A DNA stretch of 61,103 bases, counting the filler, from Gonapodya sp. JEL0774 (taxonomy: Eukaryota), in NCBI GenBank assembly GCA_027604505.1. It is 12 parts of 12 records of this genome, joined end to end, with 100 filler letters (N's around TTAATTAATTAA, not from the genome) between each part and the next. Parts side by side here need not be neighbours in the genome. Positions count along the whole stretch, not along the records: positions 1 to 5,039 come from JADIIX010000799.1; positions 5,140 to 10,174 come from JADIIX010000800.1; positions 10,275 to 15,306 come from JADIIX010000801.1; 9 more parts are not named here. One strand, written 5' to 3'. Below, in pieces: positions 1 through 10,773 of the stretch. The stretch's first letter is position 1, and each line of letters opens with the position of its first letter. Made by a program: the position numbers and the translations under genes. The notes beneath the pieces are model-generated. The model worked only from the letters and a program-made list of their open reading frames with translations. It searched no databases and was not told the DNA's origin.

Positions 1-616
1 GGGGGCGAAGGGGATGACGACGAAGAGGAAGATGACGAGACAAGGCGGTGGTATTGGCGGACGAGGGAGTCAAGTTCAGGTCGGGTGACTCGGATGGCAA
101 GGGGGAGAAATGGGTCGAGAGTTCGGCGGGCAAATAGGGACATCGAGAGTGTTATATGAAGTGCAGAACGGAGTTCATGATCAGATTAATATAATTGAAT
201 GAGATCGACGTACATAGTGCAAGAGATGGCGATTCCCTTTCCTCATCGCGAACCGAACAATCCGTTGGCGACCCTCACGTTCCAAAGAATATACCGTTCA
301 GCAACCATCTGGATCCCATTCATGGCCGAGCACATCGCTCGCTATGACACCGACTGCGATGGTCGGATTAACGATGCCGTCATTCCCGAGAACTTGTCGG
401 CTGCCCTGAGTCTTTACTCCAACCACCGATCCCGCCCATCCTCCCTATCAATGACAACTTACAATATGTCACCCTCATCATCTCGTCCCAATTGAACACG
501 TTGCCCTTCGCAGCAGCCGAGCTTGTCGACGATGGTGGCAGAACGAATCCACCGAGGAGCGATGGGGGAGCAGGGGTAGCGGGTGATTGGGAAGTGGGTT
601 GTTGGCGGGTGGACAT
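1..616 (-). CDS. 5' part of a probable EF-hand calcium-sensor-like protein (NCS-1/calcineurin B-like N-terminus), runs off the contig
   Basis: ATG at 616, exon 463-616 ending in a GTAAGT donor, intron 89-462 with a pyrimidine tract and GAG acceptor, then exon 1-88. The spliced sequence reads EMMRVTY|FTRPELDSLVRQYHRL, like the 'TYFTEKE' helix before EF1 in NCS-1-family proteins. The EF-hands themselves are not in the contig. Confidence 0.45.
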
Positions 617-947
617 GGGCGTGCTGGGCAGATTGGGCGATGGGAGGGGTTGAAGGTGGAACGTGGAGCTGACAAGACACAGACCACCTGTACTATATCC
701 CCATGCACTTTTAAAGCACTTTCCGTCATTGGCAGCTCCTTCACTCTTGTACACCATGAATCCCTGTTTGGTAAACCTTTTGTAAAAAAGCGTTCTCCAA
801 AAAAGGATCTTCTCACTTGCATTATTTACAGTCCGCTCCATTGCATGATGTACACCAATTCAAAATGCCCCTCAATTTTAGTCTGCCAGTCTCCCATCGT
901 CCAACATGGTTCTCAACACTCATAGTGAGCCTGATTCGCCGATAAGC

Positions 948-2228
948 TCAATCTGTGCCAATGACAATACCAATAAGCTTCAGAGTGTCTTTGAAGCCAC
1001 AGTCGGTGGCATCCTTCACTGCTTTCCTCTTGTACCGAGATAGCGCGTTGGGGTTTGCCCCAAACTTCAACATCTCCTCAACCGCAACTGTCGCACCCCT
1101 GGAAACAGCTTCCCACAGTACTTCGTTCTCATGGACTTGAACGTCGGCTCCCTTCTCCAAGAAAAACGAAGCTAAGTTCCAATAGTTCTGCATAACTGCA
1201 ATTCTCAGAGGCCGTGCAATCTCAGCATTGACGTCCGCTTCGTGATCCAGAAGCAAAGACACTAACTCCACAGATCCAACTCTGGCTGCTATATTTAGTG
1301 AATTGCTCCTCTGCACTGCACCCTTCGATAGCAGCAGACGGACAACATCCACATGGCCTCTATATATGGCAGCACATAGCGCAATGTCGTTTGAGGTGTG
1401 AATGTTCGCTCCCTGACCCAACAGCTCCAACACAACTCCCAAGTGTCCCGACGATGCTGCCTCGCATAAAGCAGTCGAGCTGCGACGATCTCCGCCCTCC
1501 AAATTGGCATCTTTTGACAGGAGCAGTCGCACGACATCAACTCTAGCACGGCGTGAGGGCATCCTCAGTGCCAACTCACCACACCTGTGAATGTCTGCAC
1601 CCTTTTCCAGTAGCATTTCCACAATTTCAGTGTTTCAACTGCACGAACACGCGAGGATGAGGGGAGTTTCAAACGGTCTGAGATCAGGGCTGTGAAGATC
1701 CCCTGTCGCACCCTCATCGAGCAGATAGCGCACAACATCGACGTTTCGACCTTCGATTGCAGCTCTTAGTGGGGCGATTACTAGGCTTTGATGTTCCAAC
1801 TGACCTCGACGACGGAGTCGAATCGTCCCGTCCAGATTGAACTCCGGGGGTCCCACAACACCCCTCACTCGCATATCGCCTTGACCACCCAATGATCGCG
1901 AGTCGCAGATTTCAAGCATTCCCGGACAAGTGCCACCATGAGCGATTTGTATCGGGCGATGGCTCTGACGGCGCTGTTGTCGGGCATGCCGAAAATCGAA
2001 GCCAGGGGCCGATTCAGTGAGGCGGTCGGCAGCCCGAGGCGAAAAGGGAGGTATTCGCCAATGAGAAGGACGACCACGATGGGGAGGAGAGTGAAAATGG
2101 TCGACGGTGGTTTCTTGCCAGACGAGACATCAAGAAGGGATGACGTGTCAGTTCTACTGTTGCCACGGGAATAGCATGAGAGGAAGACGCGCCAGGATTG
2201 GCGAGGTTGTATTCAAGATCGCTCGTCA
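948..2228 (-). pseudogene. F-box-like/ankyrin-repeat pseudogene, tandem paralog of 2558-3895
   Basis: ORF pieces 1865-2077, 1635-1919 and 948-1622 align in order with the 445-aa paralog (VLLIGEYL..RLGLPT, APLRAAI..VVRYLLD, ankyrin repeats). In-frame TGA stops at 1865-1867 and 1635-1637 plus frameshifts. The 3' flank (~800-925) also resembles ~2403-2537. Confidence 0.85.
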
Positions 2229-2557
2229 TGGCGGAACAGCGATGATGACGGAGGAGTGGCTGGTTCGGTTTTTGGTGATGTAATTCACCTGGCATCTCCA
2301 TCTCTAGTTCATATCAAGGTCGATCTTAAGATCTTTCTTTTGAAGTCGAGGGCGCTTTCACCGATTGAAGTACACCCCCTTACATCAGATTACACCACCG
2401 AGAAAAAAGGATCTTCTGATTTGCAGTGCAGTATAGTCCAATCATTTTGTATGATGTACACCGATTCGAAAAGTCCATCCCGTTTAGTTTGCTATTCTCG
2501 CAACGTCCAAAAATACTTCTCAACACTCATAGTAGCCAGTGTCACTACCTAGCTCAC

Positions 2558-3895
2558 TCATGAGTGCCAATGACCAACACCAATGAGCTTCAGACTGTCT
2601 TCGAAAGCGTGGGCCCTGGCACGGTTCACTGCGGCCCTCTTGTGCAGAGACGGCGCCGCTGGATCTGCTCCCAACGTCAGTAGCTCCCCAACCACACCTG
2701 TCAGACCCCTGGAAACCGCTTCCCAAAGCGCTTGGTTCTCGCTCAGTTGAACGTCAGCTCCCTTCTGCAACAGAAACGAAACTACGTTCAAATGTCTCTC
2801 AGACACTGCATTTGTCAGCGGCCGTCCACCGAGGGCATTGATGTCTGCTCCGTAATCCAGCAGCAATGATACCGTTTCCAAGAGACCCGCTCTGGCAGCT
2901 TCACATATCACATCAGTGTTCTTTGCACTGATAGTCGCACCTCTTGATAGCAACAGACGAACAATGTCCGTATGTCCTTGATGTATTGCAGCAACTAATG
3001 GATAGTCATTGGATGCGTGCAACTTGGCTCCCTGGCCCAACAGCTCCAATACTACTTCCAAGCTTCCAAACTCTGCTGCCTCACATAGAGCAGTCCCATG
3101 ACCTCCATCTCCCTCCACATTTGCACCTTTTGCCAGTAGCAATCGAACTATCTCAACTTTGCCGTGCCGAGAGGCCATCCTCAGCGCTATGTCCTTGCGC
3201 AAGTGAATATTTGCACCCCTTGCAAGGAGCATCGCCACGATTTCAGTATTTCCTTCAGCACTTGCTAAGGCGAGAGGAGTGAGAATTAACCCGGGATCCG
3301 AGGGATCCACTGTGGAACCTTGATCCAGCAGGTAGCGGACAACCACTGGGTTTCCAGCTTTGATAGCAGCTCTGAGAGGGGCCAGTGTCGTAAATGGATA
3401 TTTCCGCGGATTTCGATGAAGTGTAATCGTCCCGTCCAGCTTGCAATTCGGGTCCCCTGCTGTTGAGCCTAGCAACCCACCACGTTCACAAATCGCCTCT
3501 ACGACCCGATGATCGCTCCCAGACGAGGAGTTCAAGCACTCCCACACTACCGCTTCCAACGGCGATTCGTAGCGTCTGATGGCTCGGACGGCGACGTTGT
3601 TCGGCGTCCCGAAAACCAACGCCAGATGGCGGTTGAGAGCATCGGTCGGCAGACCCAGGCGGCAAACGAGGTATTCACCAATTAGGAGGAGCACTTCAGC
3701 AGGAAGGAGGGCTAAGGTCGTCGATTGGTGTTGGGAAGGCGGGGGCGAGTGTTGGGACAGACGTCGCAGGGAGGGCGTCGATGGGAGAGTGAACGAAGAA
3801 GTAGTCTCAGAGAGTTCAGAAACAAGACTGAAGGGCATTGGGGGGAAAAGCGCCGACTGCAGAGGAGTTCTGGGTTTCGTGTCGTCGAACTGCAC
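2558..3895 (-). CDS. Ankyrin-repeat protein with N-terminal F-box-like motif (intronless)
   Basis: LALLPAEVLLLIGEYL F-box-like motif followed by about 8 ankyrin repeats (TPLALASAEGNTEIVAMLLARGA, ALRMASRHGKVEIVRLLLAKGA, etc.). The ORF track starts at a GTG; the first in-frame ATG is at 3838. Confidence 0.9.
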   Translation of the reverse strand: MQFDDTKPRTPLQSALFPPMPFSLVSELSETTSSFTLPSTPSLRRLSQHSPPPSQHQSTTLALLPAEVLLLIGEYLVCRLGLPTDALNRHLALVFGTPNNVAVRAIRRYESPLEAVVWECLNSSSGSDHRVVEAICERGGLLGSTAGDPNCKLDGTITLHRNPRKYPFTTLAPLRAAIKAGNPVVVRYLLDQGSTVDPSDPGLILTPLALASAEGNTEIVAMLLARGANIHLRKDIALRMASRHGKVEIVRLLLAKGANVEGDGGHGTALCEAAEFGSLEVVLELLGQGAKLHASNDYPLVAAIHQGHTDIVRLLLSRGATISAKNTDVICEAARAGLLETVSLLLDYGADINALGGRPLTNAVSERHLNVVSFLLQKGADVQLSENQALWEAVSRGLTGVVGELLTLGADPAAPSLHKRAAVNRARAHAFEDSLKLIGVGHWHS

Positions 3896-4068
3896 TCAGA
3901 CATACACAGGTCCGTGGATCATGACCTTTGAGCATTCAGTTCGAATTTCTACCCCCGGATTTCGGGTGAGAAATAGCATACTACATTCGCCAATTTTGTG
4001 ATGAATTGCAAAATCCAAGCCGATACATACTTCAGTATCTGATTTGATCGCCACGATCGCACAAAACA

Positions 4069-5039
4069 ATGTTCGATGCGTCCCCGCTGACCACACTACC
4101 TGACGAAGTCCTCATCTCCATTCTTCTCTTCGCCCGTCCCTTCGATGTTTTCAACTCCGTCTCCGCCGCGTCTCGTCGGCTGCTTGCGCTGGTCACCGGA
4201 GCATTCACAACAAAGGGCCCTCACAGACGTCGCCCCTTCCTCCTCGCCGACGTATTCGTCATCCCCATGTTCAGTAGAGCACCGGTGCTGCGAATGGGTG
4301 TGCGGTGGCTTGAACGATTCGAACCAGTGCGGGATGCCATAGGCCGGACACGGTTCGCTGCAGTGACCGCTGATGTGCCTGTTGAGCGCGAGGACTTGCT
4401 CCATTTGAACGTCGGCGAATTCGAAAAACGGTTCAAGCTCAAATCTTTTTCCGTGGTTGGGATCCGCGAACTCTGGACCGTGTCGGTGCCGTTGGATGAC
4501 GGATGCTGCCGTGCGGTGTCTTCACTTCTCTTCGCGGGCTCTCCCAGCCTGGCCTCACCTTCCTTATGGCGGACGGGTCACGAGAATTTTGCCTCGGTTC
4601 TGCGATGTGCACAGGAGGGTAGAATGACCCTTGAGGTCGGGTCCCGTCTGAGCACGCTGAGCTTATTAGTGAACGGCGAGGCCCTGGAGCAGAACCCGGA
4701 CTACACCAAGATGGTATCCGACACGACATGGCCTTTGCATTTGCCAGCCCTCAAAACTTTCTTTCTCACACTCGACGACGCGCACAGTGACACGTCCAGG
4801 ATGGATACATTCCTCTCCGCCTTATCAAAATGGCTCAGCACGACAGGGGCGACCATCTCTAAATTCGACGTTCGCGCAGACGCCGAGATGACCTTTGAAG
4901 AAATCGGACAACTCGTGCTCGCTGGACGCGCATCTGGTGTAGGGCGATTGCGTGTCCGGCCGACCTTGTTCTGTGACAGGGATATCGTGGACGCCGCCCA
5001 GCTGCCTCACATCGTCGCAGCTTCCACCGATCATGCAGC
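4069..5039 (+). CDS. F-box-like domain protein, 3' truncated at contig end
   Basis: Open frame from ATG 4069 to the contig end. N-terminal LTTLPDEVLISILLF...VSAASRRLLALV fits the F-box consensus; the later region is LRR-like (LPALKTFFL). Confidence 0.7.
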
Positions 5040-5139
5040 NNNNNNNNNNNNNNNNNNNNNNNNNNNNNNNNNNNNNNNNNNNNTTAATTAATTAANNNNN
5101 NNNNNNNNNNNNNNNNNNNNNNNNNNNNNNNNNNNNNNN
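5040..5139. other. Artificial contig-joining spacer (N44-TTAATTAATTAA-N44); 11 copies in the window
   Basis: Identical 100-bp spacers with a six-frame-stop core at 5040-5139, 10175-10274, 15307-15406, 20435-20534, 25534-25633, 30624-30723, 35713-35812, 40801-40900, 45886-45985, 50961-51060 and 56034-56133. Contig lengths fall monotonically from 5039 to 4970. Confidence 0.98.
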
Positions 5140-5509
5140 GGTCTCTATGTCATTCCTAAATGCTATTCCTGGGGTCCAAGCAAGAGATCTAGACAAGAAT
5201 TTTCCAATCCTGTTGCAGAATCAAATGCAGTCTATTCAGAACAACCACTTCTAATTGAGAAAGATCATGAGGATTTATACAATATGTTTCCTCAAGAAGA
5301 AAGCCAAGTTTAACAGCTGGGGGAGTTGCAAACATTCAGACTTGGTGTCTTGTTTGAGGGGGAGTGTTGAGGTTATAAATGTCAGGCATTCCAATATGTG
5401 ATACAGACTTATGTGTGAGGGCTTGTGTGTCGTGTGAAGGGTATTTCTTGTACAGTAAATTGTGTGCACAGAGAATCAAGAGAGGATCCATCCCAAGTTC
5501 ATCTCAACA
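5140..5509 (+). mobile_element. 3' end of a Ty1/copia-type LTR retrotransposon (PPT plus 145-bp 3' LTR at 5365-5509)
   Basis: Polypurine tract GAGGGGGAG (5356-5364) directly followed by TGTTGAG (5365-5371), with the matching inverted terminus CTCAACA at 5503-5509. This is the typical copia PPT/LTR junction, and it ends exactly where gypsy RNase H similarity stops. Confidence 0.7.
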
Positions 5510-8095
5510 TGACAAGGCGAGGTGTTCGTGTCCAGGGTGTTTCTGTATGAGAGCAGTGGAGATACCATCATACGATGTGTCTGTTTCTGAGATTGTTGGG
5601 AGTGAGGGATCAACTGTAGCAAGTTCTACAATGTTAGCGAGGGCTGATTTTACATCTTCAAACTCTTTCGGGTGTTAGGGTTTCCAAGTGTTTGGAGGCC
5701 ATTTGCCCTTGAAGGCAGTGTTAAGGTTCACCAAATGTTTTGTGCAGAGTGCATACTGGGGAATGAAGGAGCGATGATAGCCAAGAGCACCGAGAAAGGA
5801 TTCCAATTCGCTTTTGTTTGTAGGAGGAGTGAGATTTGTGATGGCTCCAACTTTGCAGGGATCAGGACTGATTCCAGATGCAGTGATAAGATGTCGAAGA
5901 TAGGGGAGAGATGGAGCACAGAACAAGCATTTTTTAGGTTTGATTGCCATGTTATTATCCGCGATACGTTGTAAGACAAGCGCAATGTGATTAAGATGAT
6001 CGTCAAAGGTCTTCGAGTAAATTACAATGTCGTTGAGATACACTAAGGCACACCACCATTTGAGACCAGAGAGTAGGAGATCCATATTGCGTTGGAAAAT
6101 TGATGGGGAATTTTTGTAACCCATTGGGAGAACAAGCCATTCAAAGTGTTCATACGATGTGCTGAATGCGAGTTTGTGCCAATCCGCAGGGTCTACACGG
6201 ATATTCGAAAAGCTAAAAAGAAGGTCGAGAGAAGAAAACCAAGCGTTTCCACGTAGTAAATCAAGTGTTTCGTCGATTCTTGGTAATGGATACAAATCAG
6301 CAATTGCATGTGTATTGAGCGTACAGTAATCTACAGCAAAGCGCCAAGTGCCGTCGGGTTTGGGGACCATCATAACAGGTGCCGAGTAGGGAGAGAAAGA
6401 ATTTGTGATGAGGTTGTCCGCGAGATATTGATCGGTGAATTGGCGGAGGCGATCCGTTTCACCCTGAGAGAGGGGATAGCGTCGACCAACGATAGGTTCT
6501 TCCGTGTCTAGAGGGACTGTTGCCGGGGGAAAAGGCGTGTTTCCAAGGTCTGCACTCGTCATAGAGAACTGGGCTTTGTAATGTAAGAGAAGTTGAGCGA
6601 GTCGGTGAAATTGCTGTGGCGAGAGGCGTTTCTGTGCTATGTCAAGCGAGAGCTCAGGGATGGCAGCGTTTACATCGTAAGGAGTAAGAAGAGTCTCAGT
6701 AGGTGTTGGGTCTCTTAACCAGGGAGCGTCGACAGGGGGAGTTCGCAATGGGACAGTGATACTATCTCCGCGTGTATTGTCATTGGTTGTATCTACTGCG
6801 AGGATTGATTCTACATATCGACGAGGAGCATGATCAATTACTTTCAACAGAGTTGAGGGTGGGATTGTTTCGTGAGCGTCTGGGTTTTCACAAAGGATGA
6901 CGAGTTCCGATTCAGGCACAGGGATGAAATCTGCCAAGTGGACCCCTTTTCTGATTTTGAGCTCGCGGGTTAAAATGTTGATGATAGGAATTCTCAAAGG
7001 TGTATTCGAGGTGCGAATCGTGGCGGCTAATACATGGGGGTCGTCAATCCGGAGTTTTCTCTTTGCATTGTCTACGAGTCCAACTACGCCGATGTCGAGA
7101 GGGAAACGAGATGATGGAGCGACTGGGACTTGGAAAATGGATCGAGCGGGCACCGTAACGGGTTGTGTCGAGTACAATCGTGTGTTGCGTGTTGTCGGTG
7201 AGGGTTTTGAGGGCGGAGGGGTTCCGAGGTCAGTGTAGGCAGGTACGGTGAGAGGCGGCGAAAGAGAATTGAAAGATAACGCCGAATAACCGGGGAAAAG
7301 ATGCAACGATGTCGAGTGAGATTTAAGGAATTCTACGCCAAGGAGGAGAGGCTGTGCGAGATTGCGACCAACAAAGGCTCTAAAGTCGAATGTGTGTTGT
7401 GTAGGGTCGGAATCAAAATACAAGGAGATTTGTGCGGTTCCATAGATATCGTGCGTTTCACGACCATGCCCTTGAAATTTGGGGCCGTTGAGAGAGAGAG
7501 GGGTCACATCTGTGCGCGGGGGTAGATATTTCTCATCGATAACATTGGTGGAAGCTCCGGTGTCTGCGCATGCAATTACAGGTTTTGTAAAGGATTGCGA
7601 CGGCGAAAGGGACACAATTGTGACAGGAATTCTGAATTGAGAGTCAGTGAGAGGCGATGGCGTTGCGTTGGGAGTGAATGAGAGCGTTGCGACGGGGATT
7701 GTGGGAATCACAGGGGTCTGAATGTTATCTACGATTGGTACGCAGCGAGTGGAGCTCAATACATCTGTGTCTCTGTCTAGTGTGTTTGTATCTTCCGTTG
7801 GTGATTGTAAAGCAGCAAAGGGATTGTTGTGTGCCGCAAGAACATCACGTGGTTGTTCAACTACAAGGCCTGCAGTCCTCGTATTGAACCTAACACGCTT
7901 CCGCCGGCGAGAACGAGAGTCTGATTTGAATGGAGTGGAGTCTTCAGAAGATGTGGAAGTGTTGTCGGGAATACTTCCAGAGAGTGATCCCGCCAGCGTT
8001 TGCTCATCGATGAGGGGGCCCACCCCATCAACAGCAAACACAGGAGGGCAGACCACATCATGCGCCTGACCAGCAAGGCTTGATTGATCTGGCAA
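5510..8095 (-). pseudogene. pol: Gypsy pol: aspartic protease, dUTPase-like region, reverse transcriptase, truncated RNase H
   Basis: 806-aa ORF 5675-8095 continues in frame past TAA at 5675 as HPKEFEDVKSAL...ETDTSYDGISTALIQ (RNase H N-terminus) until 5510. The catalytic YxDD is mutated to YLND. Confidence 0.9.
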
Positions 8096-8894
8096 CCGTG
8101 GAGAGAGATCATTCAGTAATGAGCTTTTTGTGGAGTTGGGGGGGGTTGCGACATCTCGATATTATTCTCAATCGCTCTATCACTGTGCACTACTGTGGTC
8201 ACTACTACTGTACTCTCGCCCCACACTCCAAGTCCAATTGCTAACTACATAACTCCACAACCAGGAATGCTAGAGAGATTGTTCAAGTACCAAAACACAT
8301 CTACTTATTAAGGTGGTTTCAATGAGCCTATTGGCGTCCTTAGATCACTGTCCGTTGTTGAGCTATTCACCATCCAAACTCCACCCACACTTCAATATTC
8401 AGGGGAGGTGGGGAGTTCGAACATGCAAAAGTATCAATCGACAAGAGGAAGGGAGATGCGACACAGAGGAAAGGAAAAGCGTTGTGTAGCTCTGAGAATT
8501 TGGATAGATGATTTATATCAGTTCTCTCTACATTTGATGCTTAAGGTCTGTGTATCATGAGGGTGCGGGTCGGGATGAGGTAAGCTGTGCATGGGTTGTG
8601 TGAGCGGAATCTCAGGATCGTATTTTGTCCATCCACCAACGATTTCAATATCCGATGAAGAGTCGTGTATCTCAGTGATTGTGCCGGGCAAGGTTGTGAG
8701 TGTTGTAAGAGAAGGATCACGGGGAGAGTGCTGCATCATTTCAGGTGTATCCAAAGAAGCGTTCATGTGTAAATCAGAAATCCAAGAAAGATAACCAAGT
8801 GTTTCAGGCTCAAAGTATATGTGGGATTGTGTAAGAGTGGGGACCATGTGCGAGTGTTGACGGGAACTATGGAGGTCCGAAGAGGCCAAGTTCC

Positions 8895-10130
8895 CTAAGC
8901 GTTTCCTGCCGTTCCATTGTTTGCACCATTTGCGTGATTGGCAGGAGCAGGAAGGGCAGTGTGCACATTCTGAGTTTGCATATTTGGTAATTGAGTCGCT
9001 AAAGCTACAATCTGAGTCTGATACGGACAGTTGCGTGAGATGTGCCCAGGTTGTTGGCAGGTGTAACATTTGAAGTCCCCATTGTTTGCGTTTGCATTGC
9101 CTTGGCGGGGAGCGTTTTCCATTGTTTCTACGGTAGTTCTGAGGAGGCGGGGGAGCGCTATCACGGTTGTTAGGACGTGCGTGTGAGAGGAAATGAGTGG
9201 TGTAATGTGCACCACCAGGGAGGTAACAGTTGTCCAAGTGCTGTTCAATTGTATGGGCTGTGTTTCTGCACCATCCACAACCAAATGCAAACAGAGGATT
9301 GTTGAGATTGGCATTGGGACTTCTTAGAGGAGCGGGTGGGGTCTGAATACGCTGTTGTTGAGCATAGCGAGGGGAAGAACCGGGGGATTGAGCTGCAATT
9401 GCTACGTGTACATTTTCAAATGTTTTCTCTATTTTTGGCAAAACGTTCATCTCGAGAGTGCGTCAACGTGGTGATGGGGTCGGAAGCCTGAACTGCGGAT
9501 ACAGGGGTCGGTGCAGGTCTGTTTGGTGGAGGCAACACAAACAGATGGAGATAAATGTGGATTCTCTTCAGTGCTACTGATGTGTTCGTCGGTAAGATCT
9601 GTCAGAGTTTATATTCCACTAATTGACAGGTACATCTGAAGACTGGACGGGAGAGCTCTCTGAAAGTAGTACCAAAACTGCTGATTGCGGAGTTGGTTGT
9701 CCAGAGTAGCAACCTCATTGAGATTGATAACACCTTGTTTTGAATTACATGACGTGGTTTGAAGAGCGTTGTGTTGGGTCCCAGGTCATCTGTTCGAGAG
9801 CGTGATTCCACATAGAAGTGTTGTGGGAAAAGTAAGCGCCATCAAGTGCTTTGAGGTACTCATTTCAGCCGGGATCATCACCGAGTGTGGCAGAGTTGTC
9901 ATACGGTTGCGGACATTGGGAGGAATGTTGTGTGCAATTGCAGCGATGCGTTAGTTGGACTTGCGAAGGTCTTTTAGCTTAATGCGATTCTTAACATTAT
10001 CAATGAATGAATTGTATCGAGTTAAACTGCAAATGGGATCCTTGGGGTCAAAGTCTACGAGCGAGGATTTGAGTTCCGTAACATCGCGAGGAAAAGTCAG
10101 AATCGGTGCAACTGGAGTAATAGAGGCCAT
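8895..10130 (-). pseudogene. gag: Gypsy gag, disrupted
   Basis: ATG at 10130 (MASITPVAP...), internal stops and frameshifts, a degenerate knuckle (CGWCRNTAH) and an intact CX2CX4HX4C knuckle ending near the stop at 8895. Confidence 0.7.
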
Positions 10131-10773
10131 TGTAGGAGATGTGCAAGCTGTGCGACTTAATAGCGTTAAGAGTGNNNNNNNNNNNNNNNNNNNNNNNNNN
10201 NNNNNNNNNNNNNNNNNNTTAATTAATTAANNNNNNNNNNNNNNNNNNNNNNNNNNNNNNNNNNNNNNNNNNNNTGAGGAGTTGCGAGAGGCGTATGAGA
10301 GAGAACAGGGGTATGTTGGGCAGGCGGTGGTAGTCGGAGTGTGATTAAACCATTGCGTCGAATGACATTTACTTAGATTAAACCGGTGATATAAAGCGCC
10401 ACTAGAAGCACATGCCTACAGAAACATTGTTGTATTATTTGCAATCGATGAAACTTCAAAATTGTTGGGGTGTTACATAACATGATCGGCAATATTTGCG
10501 AGGATGTGTCGCTACATTCGGTCAGCGCTCTTGGTGGACCTGGAAGACCGTCCCAACTCTCAAACCATGGATAAAATTCGCAAATGTATTTCAAAGCACT
10601 TTCTTTGTGTGATGGCAATGCACCTTGTCGTTTTCGCACGTCGTGAAACTCCTCTCCCAAAACTCCTGGCATATCTGTATGATGGGGCTTGCGAGCAAAA
10701 GTCACCTCCCAAATGGTCACTATTGCTTACGGTCTACAGATGACCAAACTTATGCCGAAAAGCTTCAAGAATC

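Larger units (their letters stand above)
5510..10174 (-). mobile_element. Degenerate Ty3/gypsy LTR retrotransposon (gag, PR, RT, start of RNase H)
   Basis: Gag with a CCHC knuckle (CYTCQQPGHISRNC, 9027-9068), protease ADTGAS (~7562), RT motifs (KPDGTWRFAVDY, YPLPRID, LPMGYKNSP, YLND) and an RNase H start (ETDTSYDGI). PR-RT-RH order is gypsy. Multiple stops and frameshifts. Confidence 0.93.

Noticed and set aside
1635..1867. In-frame TGAs in the ankyrin paralog as recoding
   Set aside because: They are accompanied by frameshifts and fall at Gly/Arg positions of the intact paralog, so ordinary pseudogene decay.
5148..5514. TGTCAT...ATGACA inverted termini suggesting a 367-bp solo LTR
   Set aside because: No target-site duplication (CTCTA vs AGGCG) and no PPT or PBS; the inner 5365-5509 segment with its PPT is better supported.
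10275..10344. Short open frame EELREAYEREQGYVGQAVVVGV* at contig start
   Set aside because: May be the end of a gene, but is too short to assign.
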